In this document: positions 62,301 to 64,000 of the stretch, in pieces
Position numbering within the stretch: the stretch's first letter is position 1
Layout: each line of letters begins with the position of its first letter
NCBI GenBank assembly: GCA_032718475.1
Contig: JAUCBJ010004427.1
Span: 6,252 to 70,251, forward strand
Direction of reading: 5' to 3'
DNA length: 64,000 nt
Source: Nemertoderma westbladi
Lineage: Eukaryota > Animalia > Xenacoelomorpha
Made by a program: the position numbers and the translations under genes
The notes under the pieces: model-generated
What the model was told of the DNA's origin: nothing
Databases searched by the model: none
What the model saw: the letters and a program-made list of their open reading frames with translations, nothing else

Positions 62301-63956
62301 AGTTTCTACTTCACTAGCAGTATAGATGCGTGTAGGCTCCACACCTTGCGCATGTAATACTTCAGACCTAACAGGTTGACACAATGTTACAGGGGGTATT
62401 GGTATGCCCTTTTGTATATTGACTAATTTGTCGCGTTCTAGCGCGATACTTTGCTGCACTTCTTGCAATTCGGCCCTACTTTCCCTTACTGTTCCCTTAA
62501 GCTGGTGGACAGTCTCCTGCATCTGTCCGAGCAGGAGATTCATCCCCCGCCGTCCCTCCTCTACCCACTCGACCGCCGAAGTGGGAGTCGCCAACATTGT
62601 AGCGGGCTGACGTGGGACGACGGGAGACAAATCTTTGATTTCTCTCTCAGCTTCCAGGACAGGGATATTCTCATGGACTGTTCTACCGGGCACAGGCAGT
62701 GTAGTACTGTGTAAAGGGAATTTAGAGTTATGCTCTGGAAGTACAGGGGTCTCTAACACAGGAGTGACTTTGGGAACGACAGGCCTAATTATTTCAGGCT
62801 CATCAACTATAGTAGGGAGTCTTTTGACCTTAATAATTTGGTCTGTAGGTTCTATACTACTTAAGTCTGTGCTAGCTAGTTGTCTTCTAACAGCTGGGGG
62901 CAAATCAGGCAATTTGTGACGGTAAGATGTTTTTCTACGCCTGCTTAGACGAGATCTATTTCCTCCGCCTTCAGGATCGGTGGTTTCGCTTTCCTCCGAT
63001 GACGTATATCCCTGGCGTTTGGGAGTAGATTTTCTCATCATCTGCATGTGACTAGCAGTTAACTGTTTATTTATGTTGTCTTGCGTCTCTTGCAAATTTT
63101 CCAACTCCAGTTGGGCAGTCTCCTCAGAGGCTCTCCGTTCTGCTTCTGCCACTGCCTTTGCTGCTGCCACAGTCGCTTTTCTTTCTGCTTCGGCTTCTGC
63201 CGCCGCTGCCTTTCTTTCTGCTTCTGCTCCTGCCGCCGCTGTTACTCTTTCTGCTTCTGCTTCTGCCGCCGCTGTTACTGCAGCTGCCTTTCTTTCTGCT
63301 TCCACTTCGGCCATTGCCGCTGTTACTGCAGCTGCCTTTCGGTCCTCTATCCGTTTTTTCTTTACTAGTTCTTCTTGGACTCTAGTGAGGCGGAGTTTCT
63401 CATCAAACTCAGCTTGGTTAGCAGCTAACATTTCAGCATCGATTGAATCTAACACACGCTGGGTTCCTTCACTATTGGGGGAAAGTCCAGACAGCCGTCT
63501 CCTCAACTCTTCGTCTCCTAGGAATCGCTGATAGTCGGACAGATAAATGTCGATGGCGTCTCTCGTTCGTGGTTTCTCTGAGGTCTCTTCGCCTTCCACT
63601 TGAGAAAGGGTGGCATCGGTTGGTTCTTCATAAGTTAGTCTCTCAGACAGCTGGGATTTCCACTGGTCTGTTTCTTGTACTTGGAGACCTACCCGCTGGA
63701 ACCAAGTTTTGACAGCAACCTGCAGCGACGTGTCCTGTCTTCTTTTGGAAGTTTCCTCAAAAGCCGATAGGATTAGTCGAATGCGTAGGGTTCTTTCGCG
63801 TACTTGATATAGCAGTTCTTCCTGCTCTTGAGGTCCTTGGGGTTGTCGAAACAGTTGTTCTTCCAATCTCTCTAAGGAGCCGAAGAATCCCTGCACATAT
63901 CCTGCTGCCGACCTCTTCCAAACAGCTGGATCCATCGTATCTTTAGCCACTCCCAT
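56379..63956 (-). CDS. Intact BEL/Pao Gag-Pol polyprotein (>=2525 aa; frame open to the window edge)
   Basis: Coiled-coil N-terminus, DUF1759-like gag (KFNGD...W..F...), three Cys/His knuckles, LLDSGS protease, RVVFDGS/DIEGMF/YMDD RT, Pao RNase H (FGDAS, VPRAEL, WTD, NPADIASRG), integrase H-H-C-C with D-D-E, and a DUF5641-like tail. Confidence 0.97.
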   Translation of the reverse strand: MGVAKDTMDPAVWKRSAAGYVQGFFGSLERLEEQLFRQPQGPQEQEELLYQVRERTLRIRLILSAFEETSKRRQDTSLQVAVKTWFQRVGLQVQETDQWKSQLSERLTYEEPTDATLSQVEGEETSEKPRTRDAIDIYLSDYQRFLGDEELRRRLSGLSPNSEGTQRVLDSIDAEMLAANQAEFDEKLRLTRVQEELVKKKRIEDRKAAAVTAAMAEVEAERKAAAVTAAAEAEAERVTAAAGAEAERKAAAAEAEAERKATVAAAKAVAEAERRASEETAQLELENLQETQDNINKQLTASHMQMMRKSTPKRQGYTSSEESETTDPEGGGNRSRLSRRRKTSYRHKLPDLPPAVRRQLASTDLSSIEPTDQIIKVKRLPTIVDEPEIIRPVVPKVTPVLETPVLPEHNSKFPLHSTTLPVPGRTVHENIPVLEAEREIKDLSPVVPRQPATMLATPTSAVEWVEEGRRGMNLLLGQMQETVHQLKGTVRESRAELQEVQQSIALERDKLVNIQKGIPIPPVTLCQPVRSEVLHAQGVEPTRIYTASEVETPIANPIKGDYRPVINDIPYRPDTDPRNLYTDNSILNNTMAQESFTRQMARTEARQAVKVGEIVKFNGDEMKWLPFNEYYKDSIQNSVLSNGEKLRFLIKCLEGPPKLMALKFIGHPEGLRQVWDTLNIRYGNKDNIAKYLYAKLVAPRHFLSSGIIEFSDEIQEICRQLDWLGKSHEYQSSMVIGAVVSTLPKGGVCTRWDKKVLYMNEQQRRSPTMADLMSFLDGEVKLQLIKQSREKTSENKVSEKPASRRRITPVCYTDDGESQVSQEEDSGKDTDRSYYVDKTPKDVSKYKARNNDRREQVAKTPPQSPNRMHRRKPEEKTRVHQVTQGKVSNIKPNCALCDGTHRLSACAEFLKKSLVDRRAVVWDKRLCYNCLRPGHQRRTCYSDIKCAKCGAKHHILLHSEFERDKQSQVSEPELHVQFSDVNDTDQESEMEGFYTDEFSDANESCYLINTAVYRALTYEKDTNNEFPPTTFAKQPSWKAPTSNVGIREFPVVQVRVHGPNHSYIVNALLDSGSTGTFIDQELAEDIFAGQPKFRTKLNMSGIMQVWKSTLTADYYVGVLSTPQDKLGAQGIRSVKMVAIKNFATTQADLYNWDEDESIQHLKIPRFQTDYPGVQILIGQNAHEALETLEKRPAQPQPLQTYAVRTRVGWYFTGPSRRTLEERMPQDQTYQVHDWEVESSEVDELTEGTPYSSDNDDIYQLFDEENTIYLLTENQTWKSQVNLCQLIHPSEPIAYNDELNDEIERYNARTRDELAVRFFTQELVEPNSYDKALSIEEERAKQIQETTTRFLKDQGRYEIGLPFRKREPRFINNRPLADKRIAQLYRHLTANASAKEMYQTQLKKFITKGYAERVPEGTPVTERTYYLTHHYVPKPGKPHEVRVVFDGSALYMGQSLNSELLPGPNLLQSLLGILLRLRQYSIAFASDIEGMFLQVKALDRDRDSLRFLWWPEGDLNQKPVEYWMTIQAFGIISSPSNACSVVRTTANDNRDSFSKEVIDNIKRNIYMDDNLRSLPSVEEAIAVAKGTVECLKRGGFRLTKFTSNSREFLEAIPVEDRGAKDLDLIKDDLPETKTLGLKWDTERDILFFQLKQRDNPVRTKRICLSILSTYFDPLGFISPVILIARSLVQQMWLENHSWDDPLKGELLKKWMKWEDSLPAIENFIISRAYFGHVLPTYSYQLHVFGDASDMGIGIVAYLRVETPDGIKVALVTSKALINNKLKVPRAELKAALYATAIGRNVTEQIDYPLEKTVYWTDALLVLEYLTNEVCQFSVFVTNRVAIILSRTKIDQWRHCPGTINPADIASRGATPQELIDTPDWLGGPDFLSKEEDEWPPHLTTAEIRQAKGAETVKPKTRASKSKLFKPTIDLSVLHTSGNDASDPQSLNTNKSVVEIRDKDWKSGIPDVSQGISPMLQRAMHHYSSWNRLCKAVTYLRRCFHHHYSRTKTTSDHAPLTSAQVHVIKNLPKYKISDRFLKEKISHQEYEETNKQILRLLQCYEDSEKYFLLLRNPQMRLRDRFSSTMIDGLIRVGGRLTNVPLSFDTKFPILIRNLEVQIKMIVDVHGKLYHAGRERILSEIRTRYYFDKPRRALNQVLRNCIPCRKAFSRPLTQREAELPRERVSFYEPPFTNTGVDLFGPIEVYRARTIVKRWCVIFVCMTCRAIHLDMVNDLSTNSFVLSLRRQIARFGTSNTMRSDKGTNFIGANNEIQAYVKDWNQRQVDDQLRITASSWTFNAADAPWWGGSWERLIRSVKTAFHFIVPCRAYLTDELLRTLMEEIAAYLNERPLMPVLSSPDSLEALTPAHFLLKKPVAMLPRSEIADGDEYCRRTWQLMQLLSRRFADHFEKHYLPTLQLRTKWFAQQENVSAGDMVLIVDPDLPRKRWQTGRIIETHISDDGLVRSVELIVMRRNFKKPGIIFETQQLNRPVGRLCLLERDRELSGNYGRQDTLPTTTSLIPQTSRDSLT

Positions 63957-64000
63957 CCTGTGTATATCTTCCCAAGTAGCCTCGGACAGATCTAACGGGA

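Larger units (their letters stand above)
52051..64000 (-). mobile_element. BEL/Pao copy 3, potentially autonomous; 5' part lies beyond the window
   Basis: 3' LTR 52051-53358 (TGTACGCGC...GCTTTTACA), accessory region, and an uninterrupted polyprotein. Confidence 0.95.

Overview
This is eukaryotic (probably invertebrate metazoan) repeat DNA with no recognisable host gene; almost every base is transposon-derived. Bases 1-9.7 kb hold non-autonomous DNA transposons (a 9-bp-TSD foldback element built from a 12-bp satellite, hAT-type MITEs with 8-bp TSDs, a long palindrome) and RTE LINE fragments. Bases 9.7-15.7 kb are a ~2.96-kb head-to-tail duplication. From 17.6 kb on there are three minus-strand members of one BEL/Pao LTR-retrotransposon family. 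BEL-1 (17632-37914) sits inside an RTE LINE and carries a young Gypsy-like element with TATA...TATA LTRs. BEL-2 starts at 41512 and is deleted for RT/IN. BEL-3 starts at 52051, is nested in BEL-2's 5' LTR and has an intact >=2525-aa polyprotein. A decayed CR1/L2-group LINE lies at 39.2-41.4 kb. Main observation: these BEL elements have no tRNA-type (TGG) PBS. The 11 nt directly after the 5' LTR are instead complementary to an 11-mer inside the LTR, and the two sites co-vary between subfamilies. This is the signature of Tf1-like self-primed reverse transcription, which I do not know from Belpaoviridae. The family also carries a 3' accessory ORF with zinc knuckles and a basic tail in the env position. 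The nested Gypsy-like element has a PBS matching the 5' end, not the 3' end, of a tRNA-Lys. All alignments were done by eye.
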